Position numbers and translations under genes: made by a program. The notes under the pieces were generated by a model. It searched no databases, was not told the origin of the DNA, and was given only the letters and a program-made list of their open reading frames with translations. Shown here piece by piece: positions 1 to 8,141 of a stretch of DNA of 64,000 nt (positions within the stretch are counted from its first letter, which is position 1; the number at the start of each line of letters is the position of its first letter). Origin of the DNA: Anaerolineae bacterium (lineage in GTDB: Bacteria > Chloroflexota > Anaerolineae > S140-20); NCBI GenBank assembly GCA_027021705.1, contig JALUTT010000073.1, forward strand, positions 37,993-101,992, written 5' to 3'.

Positions 1-88
1 CCAGCACCTCGATCCGCAGCCAGAGCCGGTACTGGTTCTCCAGGGACCAGATGGCTCCCATCTGGGGGCGGGTGTAGCGGGCAAGGAT
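1..88 (-). CDS. purB: Adenylosuccinate lyase, N-terminal fragment (runs off window edge)
   Basis: Hand translation gives ILARYTRPQMGAIWSLENQYRLWLRIEVL, matching the PurB N-terminus pattern MIxRYTRPEMxxIWSxEN. SD AGGAGGT lies upstream and purA is nearby. An alternative in-frame ATG is at 118. Confidence 0.8.
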   Translation of the reverse strand, partial: MLARYTRPQMGAIWSLENQYRLWLRIEVL

Positions 89-137
89 GGTGCACCTCCT
101 TCGGGTTGTTGGGGTCATGCAGGCCGGTGACGAGGGC

Positions 138-166
138 ATTGTAACACGATCCGGGGCACAGCACAA
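138..166 (-). promoter_or_regulatory. Sigma70-type promoter for purB
   Basis: TTGTGC-17nt-TACAAT with extended -10 TG on the minus strand. Confidence 0.55.
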
Positions 167-196
167 ATTACGCTTTCCGATCGCTCCCACGGCCTG

Positions 197-231
197 AAAA
201 CGCGCCCCCGCGCAACCCATGACGCGGGGGC
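197..231 (-). terminator. Probable intrinsic terminator after the 292..1077 gene
   Basis: GCCCCCGCG/CGCGGGGGC stem followed by a short T run on the minus strand. Confidence 0.45.
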
Positions 232-291
232 TGTAGTTCTCGGTGCCTTCGCACCGCTCCAGGAACTTTTCCTGCTGTCCTCTCTCTGGGA

Positions 292-1077
292 CTACGGTGT
301 CCATCGTTCAGAGGAGGTTTGATCGTTCATCACTCCCATAGTCGCACAGCTGCCACCGCAGTCAAGCACTGCTCCCGTCCAATTCGTATGTTCGTAGTGA
401 TAGTAGTGATTGCACCCCGCGTAGGAGCGGGCCGAGGAGACCTCGTCATTCCACCCTGGGGGCATTCCCGGGGACCCGTAAGTCGAACCATCGCTACAGC
501 CGGCGGTGTGGGGCGTTTCCCACACCAGGGATTGTCCCCTGAAGTTTGAGTCCCAGTAGTCAATCCCAATAACGATGTTGCTCTGAGCTGGTGCGAGCAT
601 TTCAGGGGTCACCTCGTCGGGGCCGATGTCGGGGGGCAACCGTACCGCCCCTCGAGTCGCTGCTGAAATGGCCTCGGAGAATGTGGCGAAGCACCCCACC
701 GGCCGCACTTGTGAAGCGGACTCACCCGGTCTGATGGGATCGATCTCGAGCACACAGTGCCGATCTGCCGGGCTTTCCTCAAGATCAGCGTCAAGGCCGG
801 GCAGAGGCTGTGGCGTGGGAAGGGCATTAGCAGGGGAAGGTTGGAACGTACCAGGATCGAGGCCAATTGATCGGATTGCCTGCTCGAAGCTGCCAAAGCA
901 GATGGGTTCAGACACCTCGGACGCCTCCTGGCCAGGCTGAATGGGAGCAATCTGCACGACACAGGAGGGCTGTTCTTCGGGCAGGCTTGCGTTGGCCGGC
1001 ACTCCGTTCAAGCCGATCCCCAGAACCCCTCCGGCCAAGAGCAAAGCTGCTAAGGCGAACCAGACCATCTTCCACAT
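292..1077 (-). CDS. Secreted Cys-containing protein with a duplicated N-terminal module and a beta/gamma-crystallin-like (peptidase inhibitor I36-like) C-terminus
   Basis: Signal peptide. Two copies of CVxxIxPIxPGxxASxVxxxxCFxxFxxAI. WNDEVSS...EHTNWTG and MNDQTSS motifs. SD AGGAGGT. Confidence 0.7.
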   Translation of the reverse strand: MWKMVWFALAALLLAGGVLGIGLNGVPANASLPEEQPSCVVQIAPIQPGQEASEVSEPICFGSFEQAIRSIGLDPGTFQPSPANALPTPQPLPGLDADLEESPADRHCVLEIDPIRPGESASQVRPVGCFATFSEAISAATRGAVRLPPDIGPDEVTPEMLAPAQSNIVIGIDYWDSNFRGQSLVWETPHTAGCSDGSTYGSPGMPPGWNDEVSSARSYAGCNHYYHYEHTNWTGAVLDCGGSCATMGVMNDQTSSERWTP

Positions 1078-1123
1078 CTTACACCTCCTGAAGCCAAGGT
1101 TATCGGGCTGCCCAACTATCCCT

Positions 1124-1156
1124 AGTGTACCATAGTCGGTGTTAAATCCTTGTTAA
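1124..1156 (-). promoter_or_regulatory. OmpR-type direct-repeat site plus extended -10
   Basis: TTAACA-N5-TTAACA (1140-1156, minus strand) upstream of TGgTACACT. Confidence 0.55.
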
Positions 1157-1287
1157 GTCGTGGGGGATCCGCTTGTGGATTAGCATCTCGCCGGCCTTCA
1201 GTCGGGTTGAACTACCCGGCAGAGGCTTGAGATGCTTGGAGCGATCGGTCGTTCACCTTGGCCTGAACTGCGGAATGAGGGGGGGAA

Positions 1288-2496
1288 CTACAGGGGCAAA
1301 TACACGCTGAAGGTGCTGCCTACTCCGGGGGTGCTTTCGACCTGGATACGGCCACCGTGCAATTGGACAATGTGCGCCGTGATGGACAAGCCCAGCCCGG
1401 CACCACCTCGGTGCCGGGCGCGTGATTGGTCAACCCGGTAGAAGCGGTCAAAGATGCGAGACTGCTCTTCCGGGGGGATCCCGATGCCGGTGTCTCTGAC
1501 GCTTATGACCGCCCAATCTGCCTCACGGGAAACCGTAATCGTCACGGAACCATCCGGACGGTTGTATCGAATCCCGTTCTCGACCAAATTGCTGATTGCT
1601 CGAACCAGCAGCGGAACATCCGCCGACAGCACTACGTCGTCAGCGACCTCGAGGGCCAGGGACACCCGGTGGTCCCGGGCCAGAGGTTCGAGCTCGTGCA
1701 CTACCTCGGTTAGGAGGACCTCCAGGTTGATGGCCTCCGTTTGAATTTCCTGCTCCCCTTTTGCTAGGAGCAGGAGAGCGTCCACCAATGCCTCTAGCCT
1801 GTCCAATGCCCGTTCGAATGCGATGACCATCTCCCGATAGTCGGCCAACGTCGCATTGGGATCTTGCCGGATCACTTCCAGGTTTGTGCGAAGGACGGCC
1901 AAGGGGGTGCGTAACTCGTGAGATGCATCGGCCACAAATCGGCTCTGTTGCTCGAAGGCCCGCTCCAGGCGCTCCAACATGTCGTCGAAGGCATCGGCCA
2001 GTGCCTTGACCTCATCTTGAGGCCCATCTATGGACAATCGGCGGTGCAGAGAGTCTACCTGGATCTCTTGGACCAAGCTGGTAAGGCGGCGCACCGGTTG
2101 TAGTGCCCGTTGGGCGATCCAGTAAGCCCCCCAAGCTCCTAGCAGTGTGAAAATTCCCACGCTAATCAATGAGATGATGCGCACTTCGTGGATAGCGATC
2201 TCTTGAACCTGTCCTAGAACTAAGGGGGGTGCCGCGCCGGGGGAGGAGGCCCCTGGCTGGGATGATAATGGGGTTGGTGAAGCCATCAAGGGCAATGGTT
2301 CAGAGGAAGGGTATTGGGTCGGCAGGAGGACCTCTCTAATGGCCTGCGGCACCCTGATGCTCGCTAGGCCGCTGAGGAGCACGATTAGGCCAAAACCGAG
2401 GGCCAGGAACAGGCCGGCCGTCCAGAGCGTCAATCGCCAACGCAGGGTGAGGGATCGGGTGAAGCGGAGATGCCAGGCCCGCAGGAATCGCTTCAT
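1288..2496 (-). CDS. Membrane sensor histidine kinase (HAMP-HisKA-HATPase)
   Basis: Two TM segments. FVADASHELRTPL H-box, NLVENGIRY, DTGIGI and GAGLGL boxes. Confidence 0.95.
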   Translation of the reverse strand: MKRFLRAWHLRFTRSLTLRWRLTLWTAGLFLALGFGLIVLLSGLASIRVPQAIREVLLPTQYPSSEPLPLMASPTPLSSQPGASSPGAAPPLVLGQVQEIAIHEVRIISLISVGIFTLLGAWGAYWIAQRALQPVRRLTSLVQEIQVDSLHRRLSIDGPQDEVKALADAFDDMLERLERAFEQQSRFVADASHELRTPLAVLRTNLEVIRQDPNATLADYREMVIAFERALDRLEALVDALLLLAKGEQEIQTEAINLEVLLTEVVHELEPLARDHRVSLALEVADDVVLSADVPLLVRAISNLVENGIRYNRPDGSVTITVSREADWAVISVRDTGIGIPPEEQSRIFDRFYRVDQSRARHRGGAGLGLSITAHIVQLHGGRIQVESTPGVGSTFSVYLPL

Positions 2497-3182
2497 CCGC
2501 CTTCTTCCTCCGGCGGGAGCAGTCGGTACCCCTGGCCTGCGACGGTCTCGATGTACCGAGGGTGTTCCGCCCTGTCATCCAGCTTGCGACGCAAGGAGTG
2601 GATGTGGACCCGAACGCTGCCGGTGAACAGGTCAACATCCTCTCCCCAGACGTGCTCGATCAGTTCCTCCTGGCTGATGACCTCGCCAGGGTGACGCATA
2701 AGGTAGTGCAAGATCCCGAATTCCTTGCGGGTGAGCTTCAGCCGCCGCGTCCCCTGCCAGGCCGTTCGACTGGCCGGATCGAGTTTCAGATCACCGACGC
2801 ACAAAATCGGCTCCCGCACTCTGAGATCACGCCTCAACAGTGCCCGGATGCGTGCCGCCAGTTCCTCGAAGTGGAAAGGCTTGACCAGGTAATCGTCGGC
2901 ACCCAGATCGAGTCCGGTGACTTTGTCTTCGAGCCGGCTACGGGCCGTCAGCATCAGGATGAGCAGTTTGGGTTTGCTGGCCCGCAGACGCCTGCACACT
3001 TCCAAGCCGTCCATTCCTGGCAAGTTGAGGTCCAGGATCACCAAGTCGTAGTCGTTGATCTCGCCCATCGCCCAGCCTTGCTCACCGTCTACAGCGATGT
3101 CCACCACGTAGCCCTGCTGGGACAGTCCACGAGCCAGGGCGTTGGCCAAGTCGAGTTCGTCTTCTACGAGCAGAATTCTCAT
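2493..3182 (-). CDS. OmpR/PhoB-family response regulator
   Basis: MRILLVEDE, DLNLPGMDG, GADDYLVKPF and winged helix ETVAGQGY. Overlaps the kinase start. Confidence 0.95.
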   Translation of the reverse strand: MRILLVEDELDLANALARGLSQQGYVVDIAVDGEQGWAMGEINDYDLVILDLNLPGMDGLEVCRRLRASKPKLLILMLTARSRLEDKVTGLDLGADDYLVKPFHFEELAARIRALLRRDLRVREPILCVGDLKLDPASRTAWQGTRRLKLTRKEFGILHYLMRHPGEVISQEELIEHVWGEDVDLFTGSVRVHIHSLRRKLDDRAEHPRYIETVAGQGYRLLPPEEEGG

Positions 3183-3811
3183 TCCACCCTTTCAAGGGCT
3201 GAGGGGAAGACCTGAGCCACGGGAACCCGGAAGCCGGTCACGACTTGGGAGCGGACGATCTCCCCCAGACCGTACCGGCCGGCCAGCCGGTAGGCCTCTC
3301 CCTCCAACACGTAGACCTCAATGGTCCGAGCATCGGGGTCCACGATCCAGTACTCGGCCACCCTACCTTCCTGGTAAGCCCGCATCTTCTCCCGGCGGTC
3401 ATAGAGCCAATTGCCGGGGGGAAGGATCTCGATGATCAGGTCAGGTGCGCCCTCCACATACTGCTCCCCGAGGATCTTCAGCCGCTCAGCCCGGATGAAG
3501 AGGATGTCCGGCTGGAAGGGAACCGGCTGGGAGGGCAGACGGACGCCCGTCGGCGCGAAGAGCACCTCTCCCTTCAGAGGGGGCGGATCGTCCCGCAGGA
3601 AGGCGGTGAGCGCCTCTACGAGGCGGGCAGCGATGCGTTGGTGCAGGGTGCTGGGCGGCGGGGCCATATAGAGCACTCCGTCAATCACCTCATAGCGATA
3701 GCCGTCGTCAGGAAGCCGCAACCAGTCCTCATAGGTCCATTGACCTTGAGGCGGGGGCCAGGCCCGTTCGGAAATCCTTGCCTCCTCCTGAGCCGTTGAA
3801 GCCTTTCCCAT
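3179..3811 (-). CDS. Uma2/DUF820-family putative endonuclease
   Basis: WTYEDWLRLPDDGYRYEVIDGVL, QPDILF, GAPDLIIEIL and EYWIVDP motifs. Confidence 0.92.
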   Translation of the reverse strand: MGKASTAQEEARISERAWPPPQGQWTYEDWLRLPDDGYRYEVIDGVLYMAPPPSTLHQRIAARLVEALTAFLRDDPPPLKGEVLFAPTGVRLPSQPVPFQPDILFIRAERLKILGEQYVEGAPDLIIEILPPGNWLYDRREKMRAYQEGRVAEYWIVDPDARTIEVYVLEGEAYRLAGRYGLGEIVRSQVVTGFRVPVAQVFPSALERVE

Positions 3812-3874
3812 AGCACTCGCCTCTCGTCAGGCACGGGGACGAGTACAGAGGTCCAGCGGTAAGTCCCTGCCTCA

Positions 3875-3903
3875 ATTGTACTTGCCCCTTTCAAGGGCGT
3901 CAA
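3875..3903 (-). promoter_or_regulatory. Sigma70 promoter for the Uma2-RR-HK unit
   Basis: TTGACG-17nt-TACAAT on the minus strand. Confidence 0.7.
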
Positions 3904-3915
3904 GGCCCCGTCGCC

Positions 3916-4070
3916 CTGTGATTACCCATATCTTTGGAGATAGGGAGACGAGCCGTCCACGAATGGGACACGAATACACGAATTAAGGACCGCCTCATTC
4001 GTGCATTGGTGAGAAATTCGTGGACGGCCTGCTACGGACCACTCTCTCGCTCACTTGTGGGTAATCACCG
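3916..4070. mobile_element. MITE family A, copy 1 (155 bp)
   Basis: Terminal inverted repeats C(T/G)GTGATTACCCA...TGGGTAATCACCG. Flanking direct repeat CCCCGTCGCC at 3906-3915 and 4071-4080. Near-identical to 18037..18191. Confidence 0.88.
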
Positions 4071-4092
4071 CCCCGTCGCCCTGTCCTACTGC

Positions 4093-5382
4093 CTACCGGA
4101 CAATGGTCTGCTCCCGGCCCGGGCCGACGCCGATGAGCCGGACGGGGACGCCGGTGAGGGCTTCGACCCGCTCGACGTAGCGGCGGGCGGCAGGGGGCAA
4201 CGCCTCCCAACGCCGGGCCGTCGTCAGGTCCTCCGACCAGCCGGGTAGCTCCTCGTAGATGGGGCGACAGCGAGCCAGCACGTCGGCCTCGGTGGGGAAA
4301 TGCTCCAGCCGCTCGCCCCGGTAGTCGTAGGCCACGGCGATCTTGACCGTCTCGAAGCCGCTCAAGATGTCCAGCTTGGTCAGCGCCAGGCCGGTCAGTC
4401 CGTTGACCCGGGCCGCGTAGCGCAGGATCACCGCGTCCAGCCACCCGCAGCGGCGGGGCCGGCCCGTCGTCGTGCCGTACTCGTCCCAGGGATTCGCCCC
4501 CGTCCCCCGCAGCCGGTCCCCCAACTCGTCCGTCAGTTCGGTGGGGAAGGGGCCGGCCCCCACCCGGGTGGTGTAGGCTTTGGCGACGCCGATCACCTCT
4601 TCGACGTAGCGGGGGCCGAAGCCCAGGCTGGTCAGCGCCCCGCCGACGGTGGCCGAGGAGCTGGTGACATAAGGATAGGTGCCGTGATCCAGGTCCAGGA
4701 GCGTGCCCTGAGCCCCCTCGCACAGGAGGCGTTGCCCGCCGGCCAGCCGCTCGTTGATGAGCAGGGAGACGTCGGCCAGGTAGGGGGCCAGACGGCGGGC
4801 GTAGTCGTGGAACTGGGCGGCGATGGCTTCGGCATCCAGGGCCGGCTGGCCGTAGACGCCGGTGAGGATGGCGTTCTTGGCCTTCACCGCCTCGTAGACG
4901 CGGTCGGCAAACCGCTCCGGGTCCTGCATCATCCCGGCCCGGAGGCCGGCCCGGGCCGCCTTGTCGGCGTAGGCCGGTCCGATCCCCCGCCGGGTGGTGC
5001 CGAGGGCCTTCTTGCCCCGCTGCAACTCCATCGCGCCGTCCAGGGCGATGTGGTAGGGCAGGATGAGGTGAGCGCCGACGCTGAGCTTCAGCCGGCTGGG
5101 GCTGGCGTCCACGCCGCGCTCGGTCAGCCCGTCAATCTCGGCGATCAGGCGGGCCGGGTTCACGACCATCCCCGCCCCCAGGACGCAAAGGGTGTCAGGG
5201 TAGAGGATGCCGGAGGGGATCAAGTGGAGGGCGAAGCGCTCCCCGCCGACGGTGACGGTGTGGCCGGCGTTGTCGCCGCCGGCGTAGCGGGCCACAATGT
5301 CCGCCTGGGCGGCCAGCCAGTCCACCACCCGTCCCTTCCCCTCATCTCCCCACTGAGTTCCCACCACAATCGTCGCGGTCAT
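4093..5382 (-). CDS. purA: Adenylosuccinate synthetase
   Basis: VVGTQWGDEGKG, GGDNAGHT, EGAQG, GTYPYVTSS and GTTTGRPRRCGWLD motifs. Start moved to the SD-preceded ATG at 5382. Confidence 0.98.
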   Translation of the reverse strand: MTATIVVGTQWGDEGKGRVVDWLAAQADIVARYAGGDNAGHTVTVGGERFALHLIPSGILYPDTLCVLGAGMVVNPARLIAEIDGLTERGVDASPSRLKLSVGAHLILPYHIALDGAMELQRGKKALGTTRRGIGPAYADKAARAGLRAGMMQDPERFADRVYEAVKAKNAILTGVYGQPALDAEAIAAQFHDYARRLAPYLADVSLLINERLAGGQRLLCEGAQGTLLDLDHGTYPYVTSSSATVGGALTSLGFGPRYVEEVIGVAKAYTTRVGAGPFPTELTDELGDRLRGTGANPWDEYGTTTGRPRRCGWLDAVILRYAARVNGLTGLALTKLDILSGFETVKIAVAYDYRGERLEHFPTEADVLARCRPIYEELPGWSEDLTTARRWEALPPAARRYVERVEALTGVPVRLIGVGPGREQTIVR

Positions 5383-5398
5383 TCTCCTCCCTCCTTCC

Positions 5399-5468
5399 TC
5401 CTCACGTATCACGCATCACGCATCACGCATCACGCATCACGCCTCACGCCTCACGCACCACGCACCAC
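5399..5468. repeat. Tandem heptamer array (GCATCAC/GCCTCAC) x10
   Basis: Ten degenerate 7-bp units read directly between the ygeY-like gene and purA. Confidence 0.9.
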
Positions 5469-5508
5469 CCCAGCACCGCATAGCAGACTGCGGACTCTGG
5501 ACCGAGCT

Positions 5509-6690
5509 TCACGCCAACATCTCCACCGCCAGCGCTGCGTAGACCGACGCCGCCTTGAAGAGGTCTTCCAGCCGGAGCTGTTCGTCGGCGGTGTGAGCGT
5601 AGCGCTCCTCTCCCGGCCCAAACCCAACGGTGGGGATGCCGGCCACGCCCATCGTGTAGGCTCCGTCGGTGGAGAAGGCCCATTGGCCGATGGTGGGACG
5701 GTAGCCCAGCGTGTTGCGGATTGTCCGCGCTAACGTTTTGATCAGCGGGTGGCCCTCCTCCAGCGCCCAGGCCGGATAGTAGGCCCGCTGCCGGGCTTCG
5801 TAGCCGGTGTAGCTGGTGGCCCGGTACTCGGTGACCTCGACCTCGGCCCGCACCCCCTCCCGCAGGATGATCCCCTGGACCTCGGAGAGGGCCTTGGCCT
5901 CCGTCTCGCCCAGGGTCAGCCGGCGGTCAATGATGAAGCTGGCCCGGTCCGGGATGGCGTTGCGGCTGCTGGCGCTGCTCTCTACGTGGGTCACCGCCAG
6001 CGTCCCCCGGCCCAGGAAGGGGTCGTAGCCCAGCTTATCCGCCAGCAACTCCAGGCCGAAGATGAGACGGGCGGCAGCGTAGATGGCGTTCTCCCCCAGG
6101 TCGGGGTTCGAGGCGTGGCAGGAGCGCCCGTGGGTCGTCACCTGCATCTCCAGCCGGCCCCGGTGGCCCCGGCTGATCTGCAGGTTGGTGGCCTCGCCCA
6201 GCACCACCCAGTCGGGCCGCAGCCCTTCCTCCTCGATCAGGACCTGCATCGCCAGCCCCTCGCAGGGCTCCTCCTGGACCACGCAGGCGACGACCAGGTC
6301 GCCCTTCAGCCGGACGCGGGCCTCGGCCAGCATCTTCACGCCGTAGATCATCGCCGCGATCGCGCCCTTCATGTCGGCCACGCCTCGCCCGTAGATGATC
6401 CCGTCTTCGACCTCGCCGCCGTAGGGGTCCCGTTGCCAGGCCTCGGGGTCCGAGATGCCCACCGTGTCCATATGGCCGTTGTAGAGCAAGATGGGGCCGC
6501 GGCCGCTGCCGTAGCGCCCGATGACGTTGCCGATCCGGTCGGTGAAGACCTCTCGAAAGCCGACCCGCCGCATCGCCGCCGCAATGCGGATGGCGACGGC
6601 CTCCTCCTGGGTGGACGGGCTGGGCGTGCGGATCAGGTCCTGCAGGAACTCGACCAACTCCTCGCGATCTGAGCGCGATAGGGTGAACAT
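5509..6690 (-). CDS. M20/DapE-family metallohydrolase (YgeY-like)
   Basis: YNGHMDTV, GRGVADMKG, VQEE, GRSCHASNP and AHTADE motifs. The true start is MFTLSRSD at 6690; the longer ORF extension overlaps the upstream gene. Confidence 0.9.
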   Translation of the reverse strand: MFTLSRSDREELVEFLQDLIRTPSPSTQEEAVAIRIAAAMRRVGFREVFTDRIGNVIGRYGSGRGPILLYNGHMDTVGISDPEAWQRDPYGGEVEDGIIYGRGVADMKGAIAAMIYGVKMLAEARVRLKGDLVVACVVQEEPCEGLAMQVLIEEEGLRPDWVVLGEATNLQISRGHRGRLEMQVTTHGRSCHASNPDLGENAIYAAARLIFGLELLADKLGYDPFLGRGTLAVTHVESSASSRNAIPDRASFIIDRRLTLGETEAKALSEVQGIILREGVRAEVEVTEYRATSYTGYEARQRAYYPAWALEEGHPLIKTLARTIRNTLGYRPTIGQWAFSTDGAYTMGVAGIPTVGFGPGEERYAHTADEQLRLEDLFKAASVYAALAVEMLA

Positions 6691-6710
6691 AGCGTGGCCT
6701 CCGATGTACG

Positions 6711-8141
6711 CTAGTAGGCTCCGTCCCCGGTCAGGATCTTGGGAATGGTGCGCAGCAGGATCTTGAAATCCAGGACCGGGGACCAGTGTTCGATGTAGTA
6801 GATGTCCAGCAAGCACATCTCGTCGAAGGTCAGCTCGCTGCGGCCACTGACCTGCCAGAGGCCGGTGATGCCGGGACGGACCTCCAGACGGCGTTTGTGC
6901 CATTCCTGATACTGGCGGACCTCTTCGGGCAGCGGGGGGCGCGGTCCGACCAGGCTCATCTCCCCCCGCAGGACGTTGAAGAGCTGGGGGAGTTCGTCCA
7001 GGCTGGTGCGCCGCAGCCACCGCCCCACCCGCGTCCGCCGGGGATCGTCTCGGATCTTGAAGAGGGGGCCATCGGCCTCGTTCAGGGCGGCCAACCGTCG
7101 GCGCTCCGCTTCGGCACCGATGTGCATTGAGCGGAACTTGTAGATGACGAAGTGCCGACCGTTTTTGCCCACCCGCACCTGGCGGAAGAGGGCCGGCCCC
7201 GGGGAGTCCAGGCGGATCAACAGGGCGATGAGCCCCATCAGGGGGGAGAGCACCAGGAGGGCCAGGGCAGCCAGGGCGATGTCCATCGCCCGCTTGAAGC
7301 GCTCCTGCCAACGACCGATGAGCGGCTCTCGCACCCCGATGAGGGGGATCCCGCCCAGGTCGTCCACGTCCACCTGGCTGAGGCTCATCTGGAAGAGGTC
7401 GGGGACGATGCGGGCCCGCACCTGCTTCCGCTCGCACTCCCGGACGATGTTCATGATCTTGCGGTGATACATCCAGGGCAGGGTGATGATCACCACGTCC
7501 ACCTTTTCGCCTTCGATCACCCGCGCCAGGTTCTCCAGGTCGCCCAACCCCCGGAAGCGGCCGATGTTCTTCCGGCCCCGCTCGGGGTTGTCGTCCACGA
7601 AGCCCACGACCTGGTAGCCCAGCTCCGGGCGGGCGACCAGGGTGCGCATCACGGCCCGGCCCACCTCGCCGGCCCCGACGATGACCACCCGCTCGGTGCC
7701 GATCCCCCGTTTGCGCAGCCGGGCCTCGATCTCCCCCCGAACGAAGCGGCTGGCCCCCAGCAGAAGGATGATGAGGGCGCCGGCCTCCAGGAACATCAGC
7801 CCGGAGTAGTAGAGGGGGCGGGTGGCGAAGACGACGGCGAAGAGGATGATGATCGCCTTGGCCGTGCTGTTGACAATGGCGTACATCTGGTCGAACCAGG
7901 AGACGCCTCGGGGGCCGTTGTAGACCCCATCCAGCTTGAAGGTGATCAGCAGCAGGAGCGTCAGGCCGGCGGCGAAAGGGATGTAGACGGAGAAGGGCGC
8001 GTCGTAGCTGACCTCGCGGAAGAGGCGCAGCCGGTAGCGCATCCAGTAGGCCAGGACGAAGGCCCCGTTGATCAGGATGACGTCCGTGATCACCGTGAGC
8101 CAGAGGATCCGGCGACGAAACCGCTGGGCCATCTTACCCAT
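6711..8141 (-). CDS. Polyprenyl glycosylphosphotransferase (WcaJ/WbaP-like priming sugar transferase)
   Basis: N-terminal TMs, GAGEVG Rossmann-like segment, [26 protein letters not shown] and [13 protein letters not shown]. Confidence 0.95.
   Translation of the reverse strand: MGKMAQRFRRRILWLTVITDVILINGAFVLAYWMRYRLRLFREVSYDAPFSVYIPFAAGLTLLLLITFKLDGVYNGPRGVSWFDQMYAIVNSTAKAIIILFAVVFATRPLYYSGLMFLEAGALIILLLGASRFVRGEIEARLRKRGIGTERVVIVGAGEVGRAVMRTLVARPELGYQVVGFVDDNPERGRKNIGRFRGLGDLENLARVIEGEKVDVVIITLPWMYHRKIMNIVRECERKQVRARIVPDLFQMSLSQVDVDDLGGIPLIGVREPLIGRWQERFKRAMDIALAALALLVLSPLMGLIALLIRLDSPGPALFRQVRVGKNGRHFVIYKFRSMHIGAEAERRRLAALNEADGPLFKIRDDPRRTRVGRWLRRTSLDELPQLFNVLRGEMSLVGPRPPLPEEVRQYQEWHKRRLEVRPGITGLWQVSGRSELTFDEMCLLDIYYIEHWSPVLDFKILLRTIPKILTGDGAY

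Noticed and set aside
3934..4248. Small ORFs overlapping MITE copies (also 18055..18324)
   Set aside because: Their similarity comes from the shared non-coding element, with no transposase features.
5399..5468. CRISPR array interpretation of this and the other short-repeat tracts
   Set aside because: Units are 7-9 bp, contiguous and spacer-less, and there are no cas genes.
6691..7437. N-terminal extension of the 642-aa ORF, suggesting a fusion or frameshift
   Set aside because: It is an alternate frame of the sugar transferase. The M20 hydrolase has its own SD and start at 6690.
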